64,000 nucleotides of DNA, taken from positions 46,367 through 110,366 of the forward strand of contig NIVC01001962.1 in the NCBI GenBank assembly GCA_002269645.1. Direction: 5' to 3'. Source of the DNA: Macrostomum lignano (taxonomy: Eukaryota). Below, in pieces: positions 1 through 12,600 of the stretch (within the stretch, counting starts at the first letter, position 1; each line of letters begins with the position of its first letter). The notes beneath the pieces were generated by a model that saw only the letters and a list, made by a program, of their open reading frames with translations, ran no database searches and was not told the DNA's origin. The position numbers were made by a program, and so were the translations under genes.

Positions 1-480
1 TCGGATCGCAGATTTGGGAACTAGGCAAGTGAGATCTGGGATATGGGATATCAGATTTGGGATCTAGGAACTGGGATCTCGGATCGCAGCTTTGGGATGC
101 AGGCAAATGAGATCTGGGATATCAGATTTGGGATCTAGGAACTGGGATCTCGGATCGCAGATTTGGGAACTAGGCAAATGAGATCTGGGATATGGGATAT
201 CAGATTTGGGATCCAGGCAAATGAGATCTGGGATCTGGGATATCAGATTTGGGATCCAGGCAAATGAGATCTGGGATCTGGGATATCAGATTTGGGATCC
301 AGGCAAATGAGATCTGGGATCTGGGATATCAGATTTGGGATCTAGGAACTGGGATCTGGGGTACCAGATTTGGGATCTAGGCAAACGAGATCTGGGATAG
401 TGGAATTGGGATCTGGGATATCATACTTGGGATTTAAGGAATCATATATATTGGATTAGAGATCTCCAAGGTTAGGATCT
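1..480. repeat. GGGATCT/GAGATCT-based degenerate minisatellite in DDX21 intron 2
   Basis: Repeated gatctggga/cagatttggga motifs are directly visible. Confidence 0.9.
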
Positions 481-555
481 TAAGAATTTGAGATCGAGAA
501 TCCGAAATTGTACTAATAAGAATCAGAGAAAGATTCGAACTCAGGACTAACTCAC

Positions 556-2211
556 CCAGGAGGGCAGCGTAGCCGAGAACAGCAGAGTCTGCGGCCTCTT
601 CTTCTCCTCTTGGCCAGCATCTTCCTCGCCGCCGCTGTACAGCCGCTTGATCAGCTGATCAACCGAGTCGCGGAATCCCATATCCAGCATCCTATCGACT
701 TCATCCAGCACCACCCGGCGGATTCTGTCCATCCGCAGGCAGCCCTGCTCGACCAGGTCCTGTACGCGGCCGGGCGTGCCAACCACAATGTCCGACCCGG
801 CGGCCAGGGCCGAGCGGTGCTTCTCGTACGGCACGCCACCGTAGACCGGCAGCACTACCAGGCCGCTGTCCGGCGGGCAGGTGGCCGTCAGATCGTCAGA
901 GATCTGCTTGGCCAGCTCGCGGGTCGGCGCCAGGATGAGAACGCGCGGGGCTCGATTCGGGGACCGCCGCTTGGCTGGCGTCTGAATGGCAAAGTAAGGA
1001 GGTTAACAATGTGAGATTGAGCTGACAAGAAGTTCTTGACGATGTGAGATTGTGCTGACAAGAAGTTCTTGACGATGTGAGATTGTGCTGACAAGAAGTT
1101 CTTAACGATGTGAGATTGAGCTGACAAGAAGTTCTTAACGATGTGAGATTGAGCTGACAAGAAGTTCTTGACGATGTGAGATTGAGCTGACAAGAAGTTC
1201 TTGACGATGTGAGATTGTGCTGACAAGAAGTTCTTGACGATGTGAGATTGTGCTGACAAGAAGTTCTTGACGATGTGAGATTGAGCTGACAAGAAGTTCT
1301 TAACGATGTGAGATTGAGCTGACAAGAAGTTCTTAACGATGTGAGATTGAGCTGACAAGAAGTTCTTGACGATGTGAGATTGAGCTGACAAGAAGTTCTT
1401 GACGATGTGAGATTGAGCTGACAAGAAGTTCTTGACGATGTGAGATTGTGCTGACAAGAAGTTCTTGACAATGTGAGATTAAACTGACAAAACATTCTCA
1501 ACGATGTGAGATTGAGCTGACAAGAAGTTCTCAACGATGTGAGATTGTGCTGACAAGAAGTTCTTGACAATGTGAGATTGAGGTGACAAAACATTCTCAA
1601 CGATGTGAGATTGAGCTGACAAGAAGTTCTCAACGATGTGAGATTGAAAGTTCTGACAAGACATTCTTAACGATGTGAGATTGAGCTGACAAGAAGTTCT
1701 CAACGATGTGAGATTGAAAGTTCTGACAAGACATTCTTAACGATGTGAGATTGAGCTGACAAGAAGTTCTTGAGCTGTCAAGCGTTGCTGTCGATAAAGA
1801 AGCCAGAGAGCTCAATAAAAATTTTCTCACCCCGGCTTTGCCAGCCCGCTTGTCCTGCTGCTTCAGCAGCTGAAGGACAATGGGCAGCCCGAAGGCCAGC
1901 GTCTTTCCTGTGCCGGTGCGCGACTGCACAATGAGATCGTGACCGGACATCACGTGATCAAACGACTGCTGCTGCACTGGAAACAGGCCGGTAATGCCGC
2001 GCTCTCGCAACTGATGCAGCACAGAGTCTGGAAGGTCGAACTGCTCCAGGCTGCGGTCGCCAGGCTGCTGCTCAGCCTCAGGCTTCTCAGTGTCCTCGGC
2101 AGCTACCTCTGCACTGTGCCCATTTTCCTGGCTTTCATCCGACTGCTTCTTTGTTTTCAACTGCTTGTTCTTCTTCTGTTGCTGCTTTGACTGCTTTTTA
2201 GGCGCCTTCAT
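556..2211 (-). CDS. DDX21: DDX21/DDX50-like nucleolar DEAD-box RNA helicase, exons 1-2 (2211-1831, 981-556); gene continues beyond window start
   Basis: Spliced translation gives the Q motif (LFPVQ), SRTGTGKT (motif I), LILAPTRELA (Ia), VGTPGRV (Ib), LDEVDRMLDMGF (II) and QTLLFSAT (III). Introns are GT-AG and phase 0 (donor at 1830, acceptor CAG at 984-982, donor at 555). The Lys-rich N-terminus and DEVD variant fit DDX21/50. Confidence 0.85.
1007..1772. repeat. 33-bp minisatellite in DDX21 intron 1
   Basis: Unit gatgtgagattgagctgacaagaagttcttgac, about 23 copies; it explains the SAQSHIVKNFL pseudo-ORFs. Confidence 0.95.
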
Positions 2212-5200
2212 GTTGCCCTGCTGGAAACAAATTCGTTTGGAAATGCTGTTTAAATAAATATAATATTATTACAAATGAAAGCTGTGAGCACTCCACAGAT
2301 TCTAAAAGGACTCGATGGGCTACTCAGGCATATATGCTTAGTAAAACAGCTTTCTACTTACAGTTCAGTAGCAAAGAAGAATACATAAGCTATTTTATGA
2401 AAATAAAGGTGGCTAAAATGACTTTGATAAGTTTGCAGATGTAAACATCTTGCTAATTGGTTCAGCAGTAATGTACATTAGCCCATCCACTAAAATGTAC
2501 ATGGCAGCTTTAGGCTGGAACTCTCAGAAAGGCAATAAAAATTGGGGTGCGATGGGGGGTAGTGTGAAAAGGGGCAGTTGGAGGTGCATTTAAGTTAGGG
2601 GAGGTAAGAGCCATAAATGAGCCATGGCTTAAAAAATAACATTAAAATGCTTCTGTTTAACCCACTACTGAACTGAAAGTAGCTTGCACGCAAATTCCAC
2701 TGACTCCTGAACACATACAAGATGTCAATACTGTATGCAGGCATGCGCTCATACACAAGCTCACACAGGGTGTACATCAGTCCTGACCTAATTGTCAGAC
2801 TGTACACTCTCTGTGCCCTGGGGGTTGCATTGGCCCTTTATGAGATCACTAGCAATCTTATTATCTCCCACTGGGGAGGCAGCAAAGAAAGTCATAAGAC
2901 AGGATGAAATTATTGTATTTGGCATGTCCAATAGAACTATGCAATTTTTTATAATGCACAAAACAATCTTCACTTGTTGCACCTTATGATTTTCAACTTA
3001 ACAAATTAAAAACTACAAATTAGAAAATAATTAATATTTTTATCAACTGAATATAAATGTAGTGAAGTTACATTTGTTTAATCCTGTTCTTGAGAAACAG
3101 TTCTGTTTTTTTCTTTAAAATCAACTTACAAGTATAATAGTCCAGATGGTTTTCTTTGAAAAAAAATCAAATTCCTGCCAAATTTTTACTGTATTTTTTT
3201 TTAGTTTACAGGTGCAAATATTATCTTAATAACTAACAATTTGAATCAATTTGACAATGCATATAAAACCCCAATCCAATTTCCAAAGAACAAATAGAAT
3301 GCAATAAAAACTGCAAATACTAAAAATGAGTTCTATGAAAAAAACATAAATTTAAATTTTCACAAAAGAAATGTGTGGATTTTTTAATTTTAACATTCAA
3401 GTAATTATTTTTTTTAGATTTATATTTTATTCATATTTGAAAATTTCCATCAAATCAAAAGATTAAGCCTAGTATATATAATTAAAAAAACCAAACTAAT
3501 GGTTTTCTTTCTATGTCAATCATTTTGAATTGTCTTGTAGGCATAATATTCATATTCAAACACATAGGCCTTGATCCATAAACTATAAAGAATCCTCATG
3601 AAATGCTGACTATGAAAAAAGCAGAGATTTTCATTATTCATTAAACATAATTGGATTTAGATTGGAAAACATAAATTCAAAAAGATCATAACTCTGGAAT
3701 TGTAAATAAACAAAATTAAATAAAGCAATATTCAACCATTGCAGAAAATAATTAAAAAGTTAAGGTTTGATTTCCCTTAAGATTTGCAAGTAATTTTACT
3801 ATTTAAAAATGAAATGGCTATTACCAAAGAATATTTTTCTTGTCACTAAAATGACTATAATCCATGGCTAAGGGATCCTATGGCATATATAGTAGAACTA
3901 GGTGCTTCTAGCAGCTACAGATACCAAGGATAGCCTATGGTAGATAGGTGTTCTTATAGCTATAGCTATGGAAATATAATAATTGCAGTCAAATTTTGTA
4001 GATTCTTGTAGTTGTAATTATAAATTGAAAAAAATATTAAAAGGTAAAATAAAACTAAGATACTTAGTATAAATTATATCATAGATTCAAAAACTTAAAA
4101 ATTATAACTAATATAGTACAATAAAACTAGCAAATTTTTTTATCAATGTTAAAAAGTTTAATAGTGGTACTTTTTAGTAGCTAGATTAAAATGTAATTGT
4201 ACAAAAGGCAGTTGAGTGTTAGTTTGAGTTTATCTTTATTTGTAATAGTTTAAGTTCTAAGTTATCCTCTTGATTCAAACTATTTTTTTTCTTAGACTTT
4301 TTGTTAAAACTATAACTATGGGAAAATGGTAATATTGGGGTCCCAATGGCTATGAAATATGGAGAATTGAAAGAAGCCATAGTTGTGCTTATGGCTACAG
4401 TATATGGACCCCCCTATGGCAGAATATTAGGCCTAGTTATAATAGATAATAGATATCCCCTTTTCTACACCAGATAGACACCTATCCATATCCCAATGAA
4501 TTCGAATTAAAATCAATGTTGATTACAAAAAACCAACACATTTCAACCTATAAGGTCTATTATCTGTATATTTGATTGATAAAATAGGCCTATGAAAACT
4601 CTATATATTATAAATTACTAGGCTTAGGCCAAACGCCAAATAGGGCCTAGTCTAGGATAAAACCTATCAAATAAATAGGAAATAATATATGAAAGCATTA
4701 TAGGCCTATAGACAAGGGATAAAAAATAAGGAAAATGTGAAAAGAACTAAAATTTATAGCCTAACAAAAATAGGCTTAGTCAATATTAAAACACCTTAAG
4801 GTGACTTGCACTTTATATAATATCTAGATAGGTAAAAAAATAAAGCTAGGCCTTGGGGCTTTGAACTTTTTTGTGCAATAAGTGTAGAATGCCAGGTCTA
4901 CTTACAATTAGAATGGTTAAATCAATTTTAAAAAGCTCAATAAGACTATTATTTTGCTTTAGTCAATCTAAAAACTAAAAGTGGCATATTGACATTGTTC
5001 AAATGCTTTTGTATAAAAAATTAAAATTGTTTACTTTTATTCTTATATTGATTTAATAGATTGACTATAGAGATGGCTATTATGGCTTAAAAGTAGAAAT
5101 GTAAAAAAAGTCACTTTTTCATGTTGGATAGTCATGGCCAATGGCCTTCTGTATATCAGAACTATAAGCTGATATTATGAAGCACCTCTTGTCATTACAA

Positions 5201-5429
5201 TGACTATACTTATAGTCTTTAATTTTTATAAAAATAGTGTCTATAACAAAAGCAACTTGTCACCAAAATGAATAGAATATTTGTCACAAGAATGTCTATC
5301 ACTGAAACAATTGATACCCATAGCCATAGCTATGGTGGAACACTACTAATGACTGACTAGCATGGTTTATAAATGGTTTAGACCTGCGTACAAGCAAGCA
5401 AGGCAGCAAGCAAACAAGCAAGATTTTTT

Positions 5430-5690
5430 GGCAATGTCCTACTTTCCCGCGTTAAATTACATTTTTGACTCCCACCTTAGCAAGTTTCTCTGGCGCTGAC
5501 TCTAGGGACCTACCCAAAAAGAGCTTTGGCAACTTTCTGTACTGGCTGACACATTACTACACTACGCCGTGTACTACTCCTTTTAATACCTAAGACTCAT
5601 TTTAAATCTTGAATAAACTTGCTTTTGTTTGTTTGTTTCACTTATTTTAGGTCAAAAGAATAATTTAACGCGGGAAACTAGGACATTGCC
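5430..5690. mobile_element. MITE with about 40-bp TIRs (GGCAATGTCC...), possibly Merlin-like
   Basis: Left end ggcaatgtcctactttcccgcgttaaattacatttttgac matches the reverse complement of the right end (ggcaatgtcctagtttcccgcgttaaattattcttttgac). Flanks gatttttt / gattttct form an imperfect 8-bp TSD. Confidence 0.75.
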
Positions 5691-6699
5691 GATTTTCTTT
5701 TTTAGTATGGATTTAATAATAATAAATCAATATTAATAATAATAATATTTTAATATTGATTTGTATAAAAAGCATCATCACTAGGCCAAAGGTGCTATCC
5801 ATGAATCAACATTTAGTTCAACACAAATCCAAAGCCTCAGCCTGGACCTGATGCCTGTCATCATCAGACATTATTCATGAATAGGGGCCTACCAAATGCT
5901 GGGATGAATTGGAAAGCACAATGTATTTCTCGCCAATACACTTTGACTCATATGATAAATGTATTTCAGCCCGGTATCTAATAATAACTGACTGTAAAAT
6001 AAAAATATTTGCTTCTATTTAATTTATCATTGCCATTGGCACTTGTTATTTGGCCAGTCACTGTATACTGTAAAGCAGAAACATTGCGCAACAGCTTTGT
6101 CGTTGAATTTCGAGACAACACAACTTCATTCTAAGAAAGACGCACCAAAAACCTGTTTTGAAAGTTTTCGCACGGTAAAAGCAAACAGCCAAGATTATTA
6201 TCGTATTAAATGACTAAGTTATTAGTTTAATAAGATAAAATAATATAAGCTTGTTTTTTAAACCTTTCTAATTAAAATACTGTTACTAATGTTCTCTGGG
6301 GCTACACCACGATTTTGCAGCAATTTAAATTAAAATATTTATTTTTTCCTTTTAAATCAGTCAGATTTCTTCTGAAATTTCTGAACTGGACTAAACTACC
6401 TTTGGCTTTAGGCTTTACGAGACGTTTCTCTAACTTTCTAGTTTCTAGTATACGAGATAGTTTTTAATTGTTTATTTAATATTCGTAAAGAATGATTAAC
6501 CACCCATAAACTCATTTTCGTCATACCTGAAATTATCCTAAAACAACCTCGTTAGAGGAATTTGTGTTGAACACTTAATTTACCGAGAGTTGATACGAAG
6601 ACACCGTTTAAAGTAGTGATTTAAAATTAGACGGAATCCTTACAATCACTTTTAGATTAAATAAATTTGAAGGCATTTGTAAAGCTGAACAAACTTGTA

Positions 6700-9600
6700 A
6701 TGGGTGAAGGTCTTCAAATTGGAGCTACTGGATGGACCAGTTTGATTACTGTTTTTGTGCTTGGTCTTGCCTGGATTGCTGGTTTTAGCTCAAGATTGTT
6801 TAGTGTGATTAGATATGAAAGCATCATTCATGAGTTTGATCCCTGGTTCAATTATCGCTCTACTGCTCATATGGTTGAGAATGGATTCTATGAATTCCTT
6901 AACTGGTTTGATGAACGAGCCTGGTATCCATTGGGTCGCATTGTTGGTGGCACTGTATATCCAGGACTAATGGTAACATCTGGTAAGTGTTCTATTGTTA
7001 TTTTAATTTTGAATTATATATTATCTTTTCATCCAAATTAGAAACTAATACTCAAAAAATATATTTAGAAACTCTTTGACTTTCTTCTTTATTATTTTGT
7101 CTTTAAGGCAATATCCATGTAGGCATTATGATTTTGAACAATCTAGGTATATATAAATTAAAAGTCAAATAAGATCATAATCTTATGTTTAGAATTTGAT
7201 ATTTTTAATTAATTTAAATCTTGACTTGATAATTGATTGAATCTCAATTTTAAAAGTGCCAAAAACTGGCAAGAATCCAAGATACCAAGTTTACTTTTTT
7301 TCTTTAACTATATAAAACTTTATACAAATTAAACAATTCTTTTTAGTTTTTAGCTTTTATTCTTTTATGGAAATATCAAAATCCTTAGTCTAGCAAAAAA
7401 GTTTTAAAATTGATAATATAAATTGATAAATTAGAAAATAATTATGAAAAATCTTTAGGCCTAATAAATTTTTATATATATTGGCATATGCCTATACCAA
7501 AAAATATTTTTTCTAGGCTACATACAGAGTCTTCCAAAGTATTAGGTTTATGCCATAGTCTAGAATCTAGATCATGCTAGGTGTATAGCTGAACAAAAAT
7601 TGAACAAATACAAATATATGCCAATGTATATCATATTTTTTTGATTGTATACCAACTAAAAAATAAAAGTACTAGCCAATGTAAATTCAATTGCATAAAA
7701 AATTAAAACTAGTTTAAGAATTCTAATTTTTAGGTTTATAATTTCTTTTGCTAAAAAATAAAAAAATCATGAAGATGTGTTAAAATGCACTAATACAAGT
7801 TTACAAAAACTAGAAATCCTAAATTTAATGCTAAATAAACTTCATAATATTTTTTCACTTAACCAAAGGAACTCTTCCATATGAATACATAAAGCATATG
7901 CCAGGTATGCATATAAACTTATGCTAGTATTTTTTCTAATACAATTGCACTAGATATTGTGCTAGTGCAGTTATACTAGTTTTATCCATAGACATTTTCA
8001 TATCTTTCCGACACATACAAAGTTAACATTTGCAAAAAATGATAATAGAAAAAGGACACTAGACATTTGAGGTTATGAAATGTTAATATTGACTTTCTTT
8101 CATATTTTCTAGTATAACTCTTAACCTAAACTCAATAAAAAAGAAATTCAAAAAACAAGTTCTTTTGTTGAAAAATTATCCTTAGTTTGACTCATTGAAC
8201 AAAAAATGGTCAAAGTACAAAGGAGCTAGAGAAATAATTCCAGGAACTTTTGGGATAACCCCTTGTATATATATACAAGATACATAATCCTTGTATATAT
8301 ATACAATTATCTCTAGAATATTGATAATTTCTCGATCCAAAATAGTTTTATAGTAACTGTAAAGTATTAAGCTTTTTAGATTTAGAGTTGCAAAACTAAA
8401 TAGTTTAGCCTAAACCAAAAGTGTTTCTTTTAGAGAGATTTTCATTCAAGTCAAGAAAGCAAATGTTTAATTCCTATGGGACTTTAAGGTTGTTAGCCCT
8501 TAGGGGCCTATATTGTGGCTAAATATCAAATTGTATTAGAAAAATGCTTAAAGTATATTAAACACAGCTAGTCTTTTTGTTTCTATAAACAATTGAGCTT
8601 TAAGTGCACCTTGGAACTAACCATTTCTGGCAAGACTGCTATTTGCAAAAACACCTTTGATATTTATAAAAATGTACCTTAAAATGAAAACATATTTTAA
8701 GTGTAAATGTAGCACTTTAGAATTTTAGCAATTTTTGCATTTAAAATACCAATCCCAATTCTTTAATTAGGCTAATTAATATTTCTGCATGCTGCATGTT
8801 GATAGCTAAAAAGAATAGATTTCTTTTACTTGAAGTACTTGAATTACTAAGTATTTCAATTCATATTTTATTTTAAATTTGAAAATGTAAAGTTTTGACT
8901 TTAGAATTAATTGTTTATTTTATTAAAAACTTACTAATCTAAATATGGTTTTGAGCTATAAAAATAAAAAAGGCAATTTATCATGGTAGTTTATTATAAA
9001 AGTATTTATTTATAAAACATAGCCCATCAATAACACATTGTAGGCTTCATCCACTATGTGCTGAGCCTGCTAAACATTCCTGTGCACATCCGTGAAGTGT
9101 GCGTCTTTCTGGCGCCAATCTTCAGTGGCATGACTGCCATCGCTACCTATCTGCTAACCAAAGAACTCTGGAATGGAGGCGCTGGACTTTTTGCAGCCTG
9201 CTTTATTGCGATTGGTAAGCGATTGTGATATTTTATTGAAATCATATTTCATAATATTACATGAGCTCATTGCCAGTAATATTTAGCCCAATGACACTGC
9301 AAACATTAAAACAGGGGTTGGCAAACGCCTCTTCCTCCTCTTCTCTCCTCCTCTCCTCTCCTCCTCTCTCCTCTCCTCTCCTCCTCTCCTTTCCTCTTCC
9401 TTCTCTGCTCTCCTCCTCTCCTCTTCTCTCCTCCTCTCCTCTCCTCCTCTCTCCTCTCCCTCCTCTCCTCTCCTCTTCCTCCTCTCCTCTCCTCCTCTCC
9501 TTTCCTCTTCCTTCTCTGCTCTCCTCATCTCCTCTTCTCTCATCTCCCCCTCTCCTCTCCCTCCTCTCCTCTCCCTCCTCTCCTCTCCCTCCTCTCCTCT

Positions 9601-12600
9601 CCCTCCTCTCCTATCCCTCCTCTCCTCTCCCTCCTCTTCTCCCTCCTCTTCTCTCCCTCCTCTTCTCTCCCTCCTCTTCTCTCCCTCCTCTCACCGCCCC
9701 TGAGATTAAGTTTGCCTTACCCCGTACGACAAGAGTCGAACCCGGTACTGCACCGTTGCATCGCCCTCCCCTCTCCTCCCCCTCGCCGATCCGCAGTCCC
9801 CGGCTACATCAGCCGCTCCGTGGCCGGCAGCTACGACAACGAGGGCATCGCCATCTTCGCCCTGATGTTCACCTACTACCTGTGGATCAAGGCGGTGAAG
9901 ACCGGCACCATATTCTGGGCGGCCATGGCTGCTGTGTCCTATTTCTACATGGTCGGAGCCTGGGGTGGCTACGTGTTCATCATCAATCTCGTACCGCTGC
10001 ACGTGTTCGTTCTGCTGCTCATGCAGCGCTACTCAGCCAGGATCTACGTTGCCTACACTACATTCTACATTCTGGGCTTGCTGCTCAGCATGCAGATCCC
10101 ATTTGTGGGATTTCAGCCGATTAGAACTAGCGAGCACATGGCTAGCGCAGGCGTGTTTGTACTGCTGCAGGCCTACGCTGCCCTGCGCTACCTGCAGCAC
10201 AGCCTCACCAAGAGCCAGTTCCGGCATTTCTTCTTTCTGTCCGCCGTGAGCTGCTTCGCCTAAACTTCCATGACAACCACATCTTTGGCTTAATTCAGTT
10301 TGACGTCATCTTTAGCCTCATTACAAGAATCGCCCCTTAGCCTCAGTTATAAGAATCGCCCCTCAGCCTCATTACAAGAATTGCCCCTTAGCCTCGGTTA
10401 CAAGAATTGCCCCTTAGCCTCAGTTACAAGAATCGCCTCTTAGCCACAGTTACAAGAATCGCCCTTAGCCTCGATTACAAGAATCGACCCTTAGCCACAG
10501 GTACAAGAACCGCCCCTCAGCCTCAGCTTCAAGAATCGCCCTTTAGCCTCAGCTACAAGAGTCGCCCCTCAGCCTCAGCTACAAGAATCGCCCCTCAGCC
10601 TCATTACAAGAATCGCCCCTCAGCCTCAGTTACAAGAATTGCCCCTTAGCCTCGGTTACAAGAACTGCCCCTCAGCCTCAGCTTCAAGAATCGCCCCTCA
10701 GCCTCAGTTACAAGAATCGCCCCTCAGCCTCAGTTACAAGAATTGCCCCTCAGCCTCATTACAAGAATCGCCCCTCAGCCTCAGTTACAAGAATTGCCCC
10801 TTAGCCTCGGTTACAAGAACCGCCCCTCAGCCTCAGCTTCAAGAATCGCCCCTTAGCCTCAGCTTCAAGAATCGCCCCTCAGCTTCAAGAATCGCCCCTT
10901 AGCCTCAGTTACAAGAATCGCCCCTTAGCCTCAGCTTCAAGAATCGCCCCTTAACCTCAGTTACAAGAATCGCCCCTCAGCCTCATTACAAGAATCGCCC
11001 CTCAGCCTCATTACCAGAATCGCCCCTCAGCCTCATTACAAGAATCGCCCCTTAGCCTCAGCTTCAAGAATCGCCCCTCAGCTTCAAGAATCGCCCCTTA
11101 GCCTCGGCTACAAGAATCACCCCAACGCCCAAACATACGCCAGGTGGCCGCGGCGGGCCTGGTGTTCGCCTCAGTCGTGGGCCTCACCTACCTGGGCTAC
11201 GTGGCGCCCTGGAGCGGCCGGTTCTACTCCCTGTGGGACACCGGCTACGCCAAGATCCACATCCCCATCATCGCCAGTGTCTCCGAGCACCAGCCAACTC
11301 CCTGGGTGAGCTTCTTCTTCGACTTGCACATCCTTGTCTGCGTCTACCCTGCCGGCGCCTGGTTCTGCATCCGGGATCTCACCGATGAGCGCGTCTTCAT
11401 CGTCCTGTACGCCGTGTTCGCCTCCTACTTCGCCGGCGTCATGGTCCGCCTGATGCTCACGCTGACTCCCTGCGTCTGCGTGCTGGCCGCCATCGCCTTC
11501 TCGCGCCTGTTTGACATCTACTTGAAAGACGAGGTCGAGCCCGGCGCTGCTGCTGGCGCCGCTGGCGATTCTTCTTCGGCTGTTGGCGCCGGCTCTGGCG
11601 CCTCTGGTAATAAACGGCGCCAACAGGCCGCCGGCGCCTCTTCTAGCGCCGGTTCGGCTTCGTCTGAGCCGCGCAATCTGTACGACAAGCCCAAGATTAA
11701 GCAGAGGGGAGACAGCGGCTCCTCGGCTGTCAGCGCCACGGGACAGCAGGTGCGTTCATTTAGCCGTGTCATGCCGTGTCTGTATAGAGATGCTCACCAA
11801 GCTCCGGTTTGGGGAAGTTTCTTAATAGTTGAAACAGCTCGATTCTCGAGGATCGCTTGCTAAACACACCATAAAACGGCTTTGTTATCCACCCCGATAA
11901 GCGCTTCCTAAACACTTGGATAAACAGTCCCTAAATACCCCGGTAACCGCTCCCTAAAGACTCCGATAACCGCTCCCTAAACACCCCGATAACCGCTCTC
12001 TAAAGACTCCGATAACCGCTCCCTAAACACCCCGATAACCGCTCCCTAAACACCCCGATAACCGCTCCCTAAACACCCTGATAACCGCTCCCTAAACACT
12101 TGGATAAACAGTCCCTAAATACCCCGGTAACCGCTCCCTAAAGACTCCGATAACCGCTCCCTAAACACCCCGATAACCGCTCTCTAAAGACTCCGATAAC
12201 CGCTCCCTAAACACCCCGATAACCGCTCCCTAAACACCCCGATAACCGCTCCCTAAACACCCCGATAACCGCTCCCTAAACACCCCGATAACCGCTCCCT
12301 AAACACCCTGATAACCGCTCCCTAAACATACATGCGCAACTTTGGGAATCACCCGGCCGTTTCTATTGGCAACACACACATGTAAGTCGCTATTGGCTGA
12401 GAGCAGTCACGTGACTACTATTCCGTCCAATAGCGACTTACATGTGTGTGTTGCCAATAGAAACGGCCGGGTGAATCCCTAGGTTGCGCCCAAGCATGTC
12501 CCTAAACACCCCGATAACCGCTCCCTAAACACCCCGATAACCGCTCCCTAAACACTCCGATAATAACGCTTCCTTAATACCCTGTAAGTCGTTTTATAAA

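Noticed and set aside
888-1703. Long repetitive ORFs (SAQSHIVKNFL etc.)
   Set aside because: Translations of the 33-bp intronic minisatellite; the DDX21 exons splice around them in phase.
8262-8305. Duplicated palindrome cttgtatatatatacaag
   Set aside because: Short (TA)n-centred palindromes are expected by chance in very AT-rich DNA; no TIR/TSD structure.
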